The position numbers and the translations under genes were made by a program. The notes below the pieces were generated by a model. That model had not been told where the DNA came from. It did no database searches and saw nothing but the letters and a program-made list of their open reading frames with translations. DNA of 63,959 nt, the filler included, from Reclinomonas americana ATCC 50394 (taxonomy: Eukaryota), in the NCBI GenBank assembly GCA_048213135.1. It is 38 parts of 38 records of this genome, joined end to end, with 100 filler letters (N's around TTAATTAATTAA, not from the genome) between each part and the next. Parts side by side here need not be neighbours in the genome. Positions count along the whole stretch, not along the records: positions 32,191 to 33,774 come from AFZH01025430.1; positions 33,875 to 35,457 come from AFZH01025431.1; positions 35,558 to 37,141 come from AFZH01025432.1; positions 37,242 to 38,821 come from AFZH01025433.1; positions 38,922 to 40,501 come from AFZH01025434.1; positions 40,602 to 42,181 come from AFZH01025435.1; positions 42,282 to 43,861 come from AFZH01025436.1; positions 43,962 to 45,542 come from AFZH01025437.1; 30 more parts are not named here. One strand, written 5' to 3'. Shown piece by piece: positions 33,422-45,642 of the stretch; position 1 is the first letter of the stretch; the number at the start of each line of letters is the position of its first letter.

Positions 33422-36185
33422 GCACACGCACACGCACACGCACACGCACACGCACACGCACACGCACACGCACACACATAAAGGTTGGTACGCCTAGAGG
33501 TCATTAGATGTCGCCTAGCCCGTCACCTTTTCTCATCTTTCTCTCTCACGCACGCACACACGCACTCTCTGCTCTCTCACATGCACACTCACATGCACAC
33601 GTACTCGTTCACTCATTCACCCTCACTCTCACACACTGCACTCACACACTTTCTCTCTCATAAACACTCAGTGGCCACTCTCCCTCTTCTCTCTCCTCTC
33701 TCACATTCTTTTCTCTCTCTCTCTCTCCCTCTCTCCCTCTCTCCCTCCTTCTTCTTTCTCTCTCTCTCTCTCTCNNNNNNNNNNNNNNNNNNNNNNNNNN
33801 NNNNNNNNNNNNNNNNNNTTAATTAATTAANNNNNNNNNNNNNNNNNNNNNNNNNNNNNNNNNNNNNNNNNNNNGGGCGAGGAGGCTTTTTAGGCAAGGA
33901 AACTATATATAGTCTTCTTGTCTCTTTCTTCCTCCTTTCACAACACCCTCTCCCTCATGGTCATTGTGATTGATACATCTTTCTTCTTGCAAAGAAAGAA
34001 AGGAATTCAAAAGAATATCCTTTCCTCCTTTTCCAATCTCTCCCTCCTGATCACATTCCTCAACCGTGGAAAGGGAAATCGAGAGAACCTCCTTCTCCTT
34101 CTCAAGAAAAAGAGGCACCGCAATCTTCCCATTCAAAACACAGTCTCACAGTGAGTTTTTCCATTCAAACTGAATAGCATAGCCTCGCTTTCTCTTTCCC
34201 TTCGGAAAAGATCACGCAAGGAAATCACCCCTCACAAAAAGCATTCCATTCTCAATCGCATCGTCTTGCTTTCAAAAGCAAATCCATACACATTTCCCCT
34301 CTTTGGTTGCTCATCCAAATCATTCTCTCCCTATCCCTGTCAAGGAAAAGAGAGATGATTTGATGTGATTCCAGAGTGCATGCATCATCTCTTTATGAAA
34401 AGAGAATAGCAGCACCCCATTGTCGATATCTTTTCATGGTTGTTTGAGAAGAGGTGGTGAGAAGAATGATGAGGAGAAGAAGAAGAAGAGAAAGCATCAT
34501 GCAGAAGATAGAACATCTCCACACATCTTCTCTTCCCTTTATACTCTCCCTCATGATCTCATTCATTCTCTCCGCTTTCCCATCACAATCATGCCAAGAA
34601 ATCGCAATCATCTCTCACCGATTGCAGGCATCCTTCATCCTCTCCAATCGTCTCGGCTTGAGAATACGATCGAATGCTCACTCGCAGACGATTCCCTCGC
34701 TTCGACGCTGTTGTTCACTTCTTTCGTTGCTTTTTCTTTTCGTCTCACACATTATATTTCCAAGTACACCTGTACGGTTTCTCTGTTTTTGGGGTGCGTG
34801 ACTTTCTTGGTCAATAGTAGAGAAAAGGAGGTTTACTGGGAGTGGGGCGTGTGCAGTGTGTGTGGGAGGAGGGTGCGTGCAGTGATTCGTAATGGTGTGA
34901 CTGTGCGTGCTATTTTTAGCTGCATGAGTCATCTCTTTGATTGACAGAGGATGTGCATTCTGTGATTGGACAGAGTCAGTCAATGTCTGCTCATGGGGAA
35001 ATGTGATTTGTAGAGTGGAATCGATTTCACTCACTCTTTCCCTCCCACCCATCACGCATTCCACTCGTGTGCATTCCGGTATCTCTTGTTCCATCAGGCT
35101 GTTTCATTCGTCGCATTCCATGCATCTTGTAGAGAATGTGCGATTGTGTATCCCATGATTGGAGAGGGCGGGTCGATCTCACAAAGGGGTGGAAATGAGA
35201 TCATCCCTCTCCATAGGATATCATCCTTGTATAGTCACCTTTCCCTCCCCCGCACATCTCTTCTCCCTCTTCTTCCCTTCTCTCCATGGGATATTATCCT
35301 TGTATAGTCACCTTTCCCTCCCCCACATATCCCCTCTGCTTCTTCCCTTTCTTCTGTGATTGTATAATCAATCACTTTTTCCTCCTCCACATATCTCTTC
35401 TCGCCCCTCTTCTCTTTCTTTCATTCTTTCATGCAGAGAGAGACTTCATCAAGAGAGNNNNNNNNNNNNNNNNNNNNNNNNNNNNNNNNNNNNNNNNNNN
35501 NTTAATTAATTAANNNNNNNNNNNNNNNNNNNNNNNNNNNNNNNNNNNNNNNNNNNNTGTCTCTTTCATCCCGCCTTTTCTGTATTATCGGGGGGTCTCG
35601 AAGGAGTAAGGGGACACCTGTGCGTTAGCGTTGAGAACCACGATCGCGTGTGTCGTGTGCTCAAGTGCGGAGTGGAAATCAAGGTGAGGGTGAACATGTC
35701 GCTTTGCGCGAGTGAGGTGGGCACTTTCCTCTCGCGTGCTTCGTATTTGCTTCGCGCCAAAATCAGCGACACAAGCATGTGATGGATTGTGGGCACTGTG
35801 AGAATGCACAGATGTTGGCAGTGATGATGTCAATGTGTGATTGCGTGTCAGTGTGTGTGTGTGTGCAGAAGATAGGGCGTTCCGTGCTTATCTCGCGGAA
35901 TTAGAGGGGGGTTTCACCTCGCTTGTTTGGTCTGAGATGTGTGTGCACACAACGTCGGCGTTCTCACTGGTGCTGAATCGTACAGACGCGTTTGAGCGAC
36001 AACTTATTCGTGCACTCGGGTGCATTCTAGATTGGAGCGGGAAACCCCCGTCCATACTCAGCAAGAACATCAAAACAGAAAAAAACAAACAAAAACAAAA
36101 AAACAACAAAAGCGGTAAGGCACTCGAGGGGCTCGAGCATTCTCCGGCCTTGTGCGTGCGCTAACGTTTGTCGTGTGCGTCACAG

Positions 36186-37116
36186 ATGAAAGCGTCATCG
36201 ATGCTCCTCCGTGAGCTGCCGCTGCTGTTCCTGGTGCTGATCAGCCTCGCGGTGCTTGCACACGGGGCGTGCACTGACTGGTGAGGCGTGTTGACTACAT
36301 GCGTGCAACTCGTCAGGGACTCCTAACGATGCTTCTATGGACAACGCGCGCAGCTCAAACCACGGCACCTGCCAGCCAGACGGAACTTGCGTTTGCAACG
36401 CCGGATGGACTGGGCCAGCGTGCCAGTGCAACAACTCTCAAACGTGCAATGGTCCGACAAACGGCGTGTGTGATGCAGCGACTGGATCGTGCATCTGCGC
36501 CGCCGGTACGTCCCATCCAACACGTCAGTTTCATGTTAGCGTTTGCGCGGACTAATGACCTCTTGTCACTACGCAGGCTTCGGAGGACTCAATTGGTGTG
36601 TAGCCAGTATGGGATTTATGATTCACATAGTTTCATGACCTAACATGAGCATTTTTGATGTTGCGTGTCTTGCAGCTCCTGCCGTGCTGCAGTCACCTGC
36701 AATTCCCAGGGTTAGACCACACAGTTGTTTGTCCCACGATTTTTTCGCTGCTCATGTTTATCTTGTCATTCCGCAGGAGATTGTACTCCATCTGGCGGCT
36801 GCAGCTGTCATCCGCAGTGGAAAGGCCTCGATTGCAGTATTCCTTCATTTGTCGATCTGTGCACGCATGGATGGTAAGTGAACGAGTCTTCATGGCTCGC
36901 GCAGGGAACAGGGCAATGTAGTCTAACTGTGTTGAGTATTTTCGAAAGTTCTGGAAATGGACTCTGTGATCCGCAGACAGGTCTGTGCACTTGCAGCCCG
37001 GGATTCTTCGGGCCAGTGTGTGCCGGGGTCTGTTCGTGTCCGATTGGAGCGACTTGCAATGACGGAGCCAGCGGTAATGGAGCGTGCTCAGCCCCCAGCT
37101 GCACCGCTGCGTCGTG
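36186..37116 (+). CDS. Secreted/membrane EGF-like repeat protein, 5' exons
   Basis: Signal peptide (LPLLFLVLISLAVLAHG) then SNHGTCQPDGTCVCNAGWTGPAC, NGVCDAATGSCIC, GNGLCDPQTGLCTCSPGFFGPVC. Confidence 0.88.
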
Positions 37117-37241
37117 GTGAGTACGTCGCTCAGTCACGAAANNNNNNNNNNNNNNNNNNNNNNNNNNNNNNNNNNNNNNNNNNNNTTAATTAATTAANNN
37201 NNNNNNNNNNNNNNNNNNNNNNNNNNNNNNNNNNNNNNNNN

Positions 37242-38821
37242 GAGTGGCAACTCGGTGACCTCGAGTGTGCCGGAGGTGATTGCTGGTCGAGCCTGCGGTG
37301 GCGGCGCTGTGCTCCTCGACAGTGCCAGCACGGCGAGCGCTGTGGTGGCCTCCAGCAACGCGGTGATTGGTGACTTGATTAGTGGAGGTGGTGTCTTGGT
37401 CGGCGCGCAGTCGTTGCTGGCGCAATCAACCGTAGCCACCAACCAGGCGGACGCGGCTGGCGGTGGAGTTGCCATGAGTGGTGTCGGTAGTCGCCTTGTT
37501 GCTACGACGGTTTCCGGCAATTCCTCGCCGCACGGCTACGGTGGTGGTATCGCGCTGAATGAGGTGGCGACGGAAGCGACGCTGCAGGCGGTGGTCGTCT
37601 CCCGCAATCGTGCACGGTACGGCGGTGGAATCACCGTGCAAGCAGATCGTGCGCACCTGCTACTCTCGGCAGGCACGGTGGTTGAGCGCAACGTTGCCGA
37701 TCGCAACGGCGGTGGAATCTATCTGACTGCAACCGGTGCGCTGTCGGTGTCAGAGGGATCCGCTCTGCGCAGCAACCTGGCGCACCAGTTTGGCGGCGGT
37801 CTCTTTGCCGACTCGCAATCGCAGTCGCAATTGTTGAATGCCATCATCAGTGACAATGTGGCGGCGTTCGGTAGCGGCATGTATGCCGGCGAAGAGAGTG
37901 TGCACGAGTTGCAGCGCACCGACATTGCCCGTAATGTGGCATCGACGGCCGACGGAGGCGGACTGTGCTTGGAGGGAGCCACCTCCGTGGTTCTCACTGA
38001 GTGCACGTTGACGAACAACAGCGCAGCACTCGCTGGAGGCGCCGCTTTCTTGTCTCAGTTGGCCAATGTGCACTCTGACGACTGTCAGTTTTCGGGCAAT
38101 CAAGCGACAACGTCGGGCGGCCATGTGTACGCCGGTGGCCTGAGCGCATGGGCGGACGCGGGCAGTTCACTGCGTGGTGGCCTGGCGCAACTCCGTGGTG
38201 GTGCTGCGTACGTGGCGGGGAGCGTGCAAGCCACTCTGGAGGACACGGTGCTCACTGACAACTCGGTGGCGGCGGGGGTTGGCGGTGGAATGTCGATTGC
38301 AGAGACTGCGAATGTGACGTTGACCCGAGCCGAATTGACGGCCAATCAAGCTCAATCGGGTGGAGCAGTGCACACCGACAACGCACCACAACTGGTGTTG
38401 CTCGACACTGTATTGCAGGGAAATCGTGCCGTGGCTGCCGGCGGCGCTCTCTACGGCGGTGGCCATGGAGTGATTCGCAGTAGCGGCTGCCACTTTGAGG
38501 AGAATGTGGCCCTGCGTGGCGACGGTGGTGCAGCGTCGCTCAGCAACAGCACCATGGTGACACTGACGGATGCAGTATTCGACAGCAACGTGTCGGGCAG
38601 TCGCGGCGGAGCTCTTGCTCTCAACATGACCGCCGCGAGCGCGAATCAGATGACGGCTGGTGCACATGACGCACCACCGACTGGTATGACATTCGAACGA
38701 GTAGTACTGCGTCGCAACCGCGCCGAGGCTCCAGCGGCGCAGGAGGGTGCGCGAACGCTCGGGCAAGGTGCTGGTGGAGGCTTGTTCTGGGACGGCGGCA
38801 GTGATCCGCAGCTGCTCGCCA
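37242..38821 (+). CDS. Polymorphic-membrane-protein (GGA/FxxN) repeat beta-helix protein, internal fragment
   Basis: Many N.A..GG[GA][ILV] and FxxN repeats across about 525 uninterrupted codons. Confidence 0.88.
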
Positions 38822-38932
38822 NNNNNNNNNNNNNNNNNNNNNNNNNNNNNNNNNNNNNNNNNNNNTTAATTAATTAANNNNNNNNNNNNNNNNNNNNNNN
38901 NNNNNNNNNNNNNNNNNNNNNTTTGTTGTCCC

Positions 38933-40343
38933 ATGAAAACACACGCACACTTCCTGATGACGAGCGATGACCACGAGCTCGTGGATATCACGCAGCCCCT
39001 CGAAGTATACGAGTTTGGCGAGAACGTTCAGTACTTGACAGCTTCGGCCGACGTGCATCCCTCCATCGTTGCGCCTACTGAAATGCATGCACGAATCAAC
39101 ATTGAGATGCTCATTCATCAATGCCTCCCTCAGAATGCGCAGCTGCTTGCTGTGACGAAGGGGAACACCGTACAATTCTACGACACCCATCGCCGACATG
39201 GATCGCTGCACTTGCTGTCCACCGTGCAAGTGACAAGAGCAGCGTGTAATGTGATGCGACTGCTCTTTTGTTCCGCCGATGGCCGGTGGCTCGTGTGTGC
39301 AACCGGCATAGGTGAATTTGAAGTGAGCATGTGGGATCTCGAGTCACTGGTGAAGCCACGCCGTGTTGGTGCTGCGCGGGCGAGCATACCAGTCACATCC
39401 TTGCGCTTGCTGCGTCGTCCACGTACGTGATCTCCGGTGGCGCCGACTACTCGATCAAGGCGCTCAACAGGCAGACAGGAGAGCGTGCAGCTGATATGCG
39501 ACAGCACAGGTACAGCGTGCGCTCGATCCAGGTGACGGCAGACGAGAGGCTAGTGATCAGTGCAGCGTTCGACAAACAAATTATTGTGTGGGATCACGAC
39601 ACTCACGAGTATTTGTCGCGTGTTGAGCTGGCGGAAGACAACTGGTCTATGGTTCTGTCGGCCACCAACAGAGTGCTTTTCTGTGGGCTTAAGAGTGGCA
39701 CGATTGTGCAGTGTGTAGTACAGTGTGACGGTGATGGTAGTGCAGTGTCAGTCGCACAGACGACAGAAGAGTGGTCGGGGCACAGCAAGCAGGTGACACA
39801 TCTGCTGCTGCTGTCTGACGGTCGCCACCTTATCAGCACATCCGACGGTGCGTGTGCGGAATGATCACGTGTACTGTGCAGCTGCACTCACCACACGAAC
39901 CTTTGAACGCAGATCGGTCGGCTCGATTGTGGGATGTGCAGACTGGGAGAACAGTGGCACGAGTGCTCCGCGTCGATATGGGTGGGATGCAAACCACCGC
40001 CACGGCGTTGCTGAAGGATGGACGAGCGGTGATGACAGCCTACAGACCTGTTGGTCTCTCTGTGTGGCGTCTTGGTGCGTGATCATTCACTGTTCAGCGT
40101 GTACTAGAGCGCTGTGGTCACTGACACCAAGATGCAGGGGCGTGTTTGGGCGGGTGGCTGATGGGCCACGAATTCGAAGGCATCAGAAGAGCCCTGCAAG
40201 CGCTGTCGAGAGATGGGACGGGGGACGACGAAGAGGAGGAAGCAGAGGATTACGGCGAACCGCTTCCTCGACTTGTGTTGCGCTGCTTCCTTGCCGAGGA
40301 GGCGCAGATGTTGTGCTTCCGATATGCCACGGCCAGTCAATGA
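38933..40343 (+). CDS. WD40-repeat protein with C-terminal LPRLVLRCF motif; apparent frameshift near 39365-39380
   Basis: WD repeats (ISGGADYSIK, ISAAFDKQIIVWD, GHSKQVTHL, SARLWD); introns near 39848-39912 and 40075-40137. Confidence 0.75.
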
Positions 40344-40735
40344 ATGTCGTACACTGTCTGAAGTCGATGGCGTATCTGTTCAAAAGACTACATGCTCTCT
40401 GCAGCTGTCAAAGAAGGGTGTGCCGCGACAAGGGGAAAGAGGAAGTGACTAAACGTCGCAGCTTGCGTGGCGACCAAACGTCCCACATCGATCTCGAAGA
40501 CNNNNNNNNNNNNNNNNNNNNNNNNNNNNNNNNNNNNNNNNNNNNTTAATTAATTAANNNNNNNNNNNNNNNNNNNNNNNNNNNNNNNNNNNNNNNNNNN
40601 NCAAGAAGAAGCAACGGTGCACCAAAGTGATTCGCCTGAAACCAAAGAAACACAGAGAATGCCAAGAGTCATCAACAATGAAAGGCAGAGCTTCGTGTCT
40701 TCCCCCGAACATGCCCGCGGCACCAGCAAAACCTC

Positions 40736-42181
40736 TCACACGCGTCGGTGCCCGTTGACGCAACTGCTGCCCATGTCGGCGGTTGTGTTGTCGTCAGCGA
40801 TATTGCCAGAAAATGCAAGGCCACAATCCTCAATCCATTGCTCCCAGCCACCGCCGAATGAGGCGAATATTGCAGCAGTAGTCGACAATTGCATCGGATC
40901 GCCGCCGCCATTCAAATAGAGCCCACCTCCAGCACCCTCACCGAGAGCATGTACGCCTCCGGGTGCCTCAACCATATTGTCGACAAACGATGCACCTTGA
41001 AGCCACAGGCCCACAGGATTTGCTCGACCGCCAGCCGTAGCAGTGGCAGGTGTAGCCGTCATGTTGATTGCGAGACCACCACCGCGGCTACCAGACAAGT
41101 TCGAAATGAACTCACTGTCAACAAACGAAATCAACGTACTGTTGGTCACCGACGCGCCCCCACCGTCGCCCCATTGAGCTTCGTTACCAGCAAAGCGACA
41201 GCGCAAACAGCTCAGTGCACTGGCACCCACAGCAAGCAGACCGCCACCAGCAGTTGGCACCACGTTGCCGACAAGCGCAGTGTCAGTCATGCTGACTGAC
41301 GGAGAGTTGTCCAGCTGCACAGCACCACCGAACAGTGCCCTGTTCGCGGCGAGTCCCACGTTGCTCATTGTGACATTGGCAGTCTCCGTTACGGAGAGCG
41401 CGCCACCCCCACCTGCCACGACCGTGTTGGAGGCGAACTGTGACTCACGCAGACGAGCAGCTGATGCACCGGCAAAGAACGCTGCGCCACCAGCCAGCAT
41501 GGCACGTCCGACGCCAAACTCGGAACGCGTGTCGCTCCACTCACTGCGACCTCGCAAGCACACATGGCCACCAGAGGTGTTGGCGTTGTTAGACGTGAAC
41601 CGGGACTCGGTAGTATTGACAACGGCAAGTTCCGACACAAAGAGTCCGCCACCAGCCAGCGCAGCGCGGTTTTCCGTCAACGTGCAGTTTTGACAGTTAA
41701 TGCGAGAGACGCCGTCCGCATATATACCGCCACCATCGGCAGAAGCGGCACTGTTGTCCGCAAAACTGGTGGACGTGATATTGTGAAGACTCTCAGCATC
41801 ACTGAAGAGTCCTCCACCGAAGGGCGCGGAATTGCGTACTACAAATGCTCCTGACCACAACGTTGAAGACTGCGAGTCTGCAAATGCACCGCCACCAAAG
41901 TTGCGAGCCGAGTTGGATTCCAATCGTGAGTCGCCACTCACTGAGACGGTACCAGTGGCCGTCACGTACAGACCACCGCCACTTCGAGAGGCAGCGTTGC
42001 CACTCACCGACGCCGCGCCGGTAACCAGTAGAGTGTTTTGGTCGGCACGCACGGCAACTCCGCCACCGTAGAGAGCTGAGTTGCCGGAGACTGTAGTGTT
42101 GGTGACAGTGGCAGCAGTGGCCACCTCATTGAGCACCACGCCACCACCATATCCAGCAGGCGATGCATTGGCTGTCACAGT
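40736..42181 (-). CDS. Polymorphic-membrane-protein repeat beta-helix protein, paralog of 37242-38821
   Basis: Collinear with the other copy (GYGGG.VLNEVAT, FGGG.FADSQS, ADGGG, SGSRGG.LA.NMTA, LG.GAGGGL). Confidence 0.88.
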   Translation of the reverse strand, partial: TVTANASPAGYGGGVVLNEVATAATVTNTTVSGNSALYGGGVAVRADQNTLLVTGAASVSGNAASRSGGGLYVTATGTVSVSGDSRLESNSARNFGGGAFADSQSSTLWSGAFVVRNSAPFGGGLFSDAESLHNITSTSFADNSAASADGGGIYADGVSRINCQNCTLTENRAALAGGGLFVSELAVVNTTESRFTSNNANTSGGHVCLRGRSEWSDTRSEFGVGRAMLAGGAAFFAGASAARLRESQFASNTVVAGGGGALSVTETANVTMSNVGLAANRALFGGAVQLDNSPSVSMTDTALVGNVVPTAGGGLLAVGASALSCLRCRFAGNEAQWGDGGGASVTNSTLISFVDSEFISNLSGSRGGGLAINMTATPATATAGGRANPVGLWLQGASFVDNMVEAPGGVHALGEGAGGGLYLNGGGDPMQLSTTAAIFASFGGGWEQWIEDCGLAFSGNIADDNTTADMGSSCVNGHRRV

Positions 42182-42281
42182 NNNNNNNNNNNNNNNNNNN
42201 NNNNNNNNNNNNNNNNNNNNNNNNNTTAATTAATTAANNNNNNNNNNNNNNNNNNNNNNNNNNNNNNNNNNNNNNNNNNNN

Positions 42282-43861
42282 TGTTTCATGAGTGAGTGGT
42301 GTAGGTGCTGGCGGCCGTGCCATGTGGACCAAGTTGCTAAAGGGCGTGGAGCGTGTGGCTTCGACGGCGAAGACTGCCGGTGACAAGTTTGTGTCGCCGC
42401 AGGAGATGGCCGAGAGCGGAGAGAGCGGAAGTTGAATTTCGTGGGAGAGGTTGCGTGCGAGATGATCAGGCACTCAAAACACGTGTGCTTGTGAGCAGTC
42501 CATTTGCGCCGTTTCCATGGCCAGCTGTTGGCCGTGTTGCAGAAGCGCTTCAATCTGTACGCCATTCTCAACGCCGTGCGTCGCGGCGGCAGTGCATATC
42601 ATTGCGACGAGAAGTTGCTTGGCGAAGTGTGCAACCTGCTCCAACCGCTGGCGGGCACCGCTGATACGCCGGCGGCGCCGCCGTCGGGCGATTCTCTGGT
42701 GCGTATGATATTATCTTGGAGTGATGCGTCACCTTCGAGTACTGTTTATGTTCACTCTGGGTTACTTCAGCCTGCACGCGATACGGAGCTTGACGAGGTC
42801 GTCAATATGTTTCCCGACATGCATCGTGCCACCATTATTGATGTGCGTTCTTATTTCAGTCGTCGTTTGCTGCATCACTCTCTCGTTCTCACTCGCACTG
42901 GGCACAGTTGTTCTCGACGTACAACAACAACAAGGAGAAAGTGATTGCGCAGCTGCTGATCATGGCTGGGGCCGACACGCATGATCCCTACGATGGGGCC
43001 GGTGGGTCGGGATCCGGGGTGTCGCGCACCGACCGTGTCTCGCCGTCATCGTCGTCGACCGCTGCCGCTGGCGGAGCGTCGGCTTGGATCAAGCCACCAC
43101 CTGTGCGGTTCAACTGGGACCGCAGGGACGACGAAGCCGAGGCGATGTGGGAGGCGACGGTGGATGCTGAGCTGCAGGCGCACGTGTTGCACGCGGCGCA
43201 GCGTCAGGATGAGTATCAAGACGAGTTGCGCACACAAAGAGAATCACACGACGAGGGGGTGGTGTTGACTCGTTGTTTTATTTGGTTTGCAGGTACGATG
43301 ACTCGCTCGAGTCGTACACGCGCGTCCCGCTGGCCGACGGCGAGGTGTCTGCCGATGCAGATATGTTGCTCGTCTTTGTTGTTATTGTTGTTGTTATTGT
43401 GTGCTGACTGTTGTCGCCGCGCACGTGTGGAAATTGAGACGCCATCCCCGGCTGTGCGTGACGACGTGGACCCGGCGGCTGTGTTCGAGATGGCGGGTGC
43501 GCCGGATGACGACGACGACGGACCGACGGGCTGGCCGCCACCATCGACCCACCGCCGAGGCGGATTCGGGGGTGGCGATCGCGGTGGTCGCGGTGAACGT
43601 GGACGCGGCGGCGGCGCCGGCGGTGGTGGTGACCGAGACCGCGATGATCGTGGCGGTGATGGGCAGCGGAAAGATGGCGGGCGTGGTGGCGACCGGCGTG
43701 GTGGTGGTGGTGGTGGTGACCGGCGAGACGGCGATGGCGAGAGAAGAGGTGGAGGGCGAGGCGGCGGTCGCGGCGGTCACGATGCTGGACGAGGTGACGA
43801 CAGGTCAGCCCGCGGTGCGGATGATCGTGGAGGACGTGGAGGGGGTCGCGGTGGCCATGAA
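42282..43861 (+). CDS. ASCC2: ASCC2/Cue3-like CUE-domain protein, C-terminal exons with RGG tail
   Basis: CUE-like ELDEVVNMFPDM...FSTYNNNKEKVIAQLL, spliced DEYQDEYDDS motif (ASCC2 YEDEYDDTYD-like) and an RGG-rich end. Confidence 0.62.
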
Positions 43862-44018
43862 NNNNNNNNNNNNNNNNNNNNNNNNNNNNNNNNNNNNNNN
43901 NNNNNTTAATTAATTAANNNNNNNNNNNNNNNNNNNNNNNNNNNNNNNNNNNNNNNNNNNNTCACTCCCTGTCGATTGCCCCTGACCCTCCTGCCGCAGT
44001 TGTTTCGCTGCTCTCTTA

Positions 44019-44058
<40 letters not shown>

Positions 44059-44140
44059 GTCCACCCCCACTTTCTCTCTCACTCCCTCCTGCCGCACTTG
44101 TTTCGCTGCTCTCTTCTGTGGTCTCACAATTCCCACACAG

Positions 44141-44440
44141 GATCCACTCTGCTGGGGCGTCATGGACGAGATCAATGGCGAACCGTGCTACGTCTTCAGC
44201 GTGCACTCGCCGCTCACGGATCCCGCCGGCACGCCGTCCTGGACACCGGCTCGCACCCCCTCACCCCTGTACCAACCACGCTCACCCACCCCACCTGCTC
44301 CCCGCCGGAAGCCCGCCGCCTTGTCGCCACCGACCGGCGGTATGCCAGCATCACCACCATCGCCGCTGGCTGCCGGCGGACCAGCACCTCCACCGGGGCG
44401 GAATGGCGGTCCACGACGAGCACCACGCAAGTCCATCTGA
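44141..44440 (+). CDS. Last exon of an unknown proline-rich protein
   Basis: CACAG acceptor, ORF to TGA; convergent with the CCDC47-like gene. Confidence 0.45.
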   Translation, partial: DPLCWGVMDEINGEPCYVFSVHSPLTDPAGTPSWTPARTPSPLYQPRSPTPPAPRRKPAALSPPTGGMPASPPSPLAAGGPAPPPGRNGGPRRAPRKSI

Positions 44441-44639
44441 TGGAAAGATGGACTTTCTTCTTCTTCCTTCCACACACACCCGACAAATTGCAGTATTTTT
44501 TTGTTGGTTGTAATGTATTCGCGCATCATGCATCACTCGCACACACACAGAGAGGCACATCTCACGTCCATCCATTACATGTGCATCATCTGCGACGCAC
44601 GCATGTTTAGCACACTCTCGACGCAACATACACACACGG

Positions 44640-45490
44640 TCACGCAAAACGAACCTTGGCTCTCGGCATCTTCTTCTTGATCTCGCGCTTCCTCTCCTTC
44701 TCCTCCAGCTTGCGCAGTTCGTCGCGGTCCATGTTTTTTCTTCTCTCCTGCTCCCTCTTCTCGCGCTCGGCCTCCTCCTGGCGCAGACGCTCGTCTCGCT
44801 TCTTGGCACTCTCCTTCTGGCGCTCTGCTCGCGAGATGAGATCAAGCACAAGAGGCAATGAGTGAATACTAACGCACCCTTGAGCGTGGCCTGATCGCGG
44901 TCCTCCTGCGCCGTGCGCAGCTCCTCCGTCGTCAGCTTCATGTTGGCAGAGCGGTCGATAATGTTCAGCGTCAGCTCCAGCATCAGCGGGGCCAGTCGGC
45001 GCAAGTCCGCCTCGTTGCTCGGCAGCGCGTACCCGAAGCGCACAAACATGCCCGGCGTGGGGCTCGGCTTCTCCACACCGAATTGCTCCTGATCGCTGTA
45101 CTTGATGATCGTGACGTGGTTGGCGAGGGCCACAAACAGGTGCTGATTGCCATTCACGATGCGCTCCACTGCGCTCTTGCGGTTGTCGCACAGCACAATC
45201 AGCTCGGTGCCCTTGATGGTGAAGTTGTTCTTCTTGTTGGCGAACTCGGCCTGCGTAACAAGAGGAGAGGGTGAGAGATGAAGAAGAGGGGGGTTAAAGA
45301 ACGAGGAGGATGCGCACCAAATCGCGGTACTGCTCGCGGTACTTGGCCTCTTGCGAGCGCTGCATGACGGCAAACACCAGCGGCTTGGCCTCACTGTGTG
45401 GGATGGAGGCCGAGATGGACATGTTGTCGGGGGTGCCAGAGGCCAGCTGCGCCAGCGTCGACAGGGCGTCGTAGCGGTCGTTGAACTGGG
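44640..45490 (-). CDS. CCDC47: CCDC47 (DUF1682, PAT complex subunit), C-terminal exons
   Basis: IKYSDQ...RFGYALP...LTLNIIDRSANMKLT...A..DR and a charged tail ending RKLEEKERKREIKKKMPRAKV. Confidence 0.78.
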
Positions 45491-45642
45491 CGGAAGAAGA
45501 GAGTGAGGGAAGGGATGGAGGGAAGGGAGTTTACGAGTGAAANNNNNNNNNNNNNNNNNNNNNNNNNNNNNNNNNNNNNNNNNNNNTTAATTAATTAANN
45601 NNNNNNNNNNNNNNNNNNNNNNNNNNNNNNNNNNNNNNNNNN

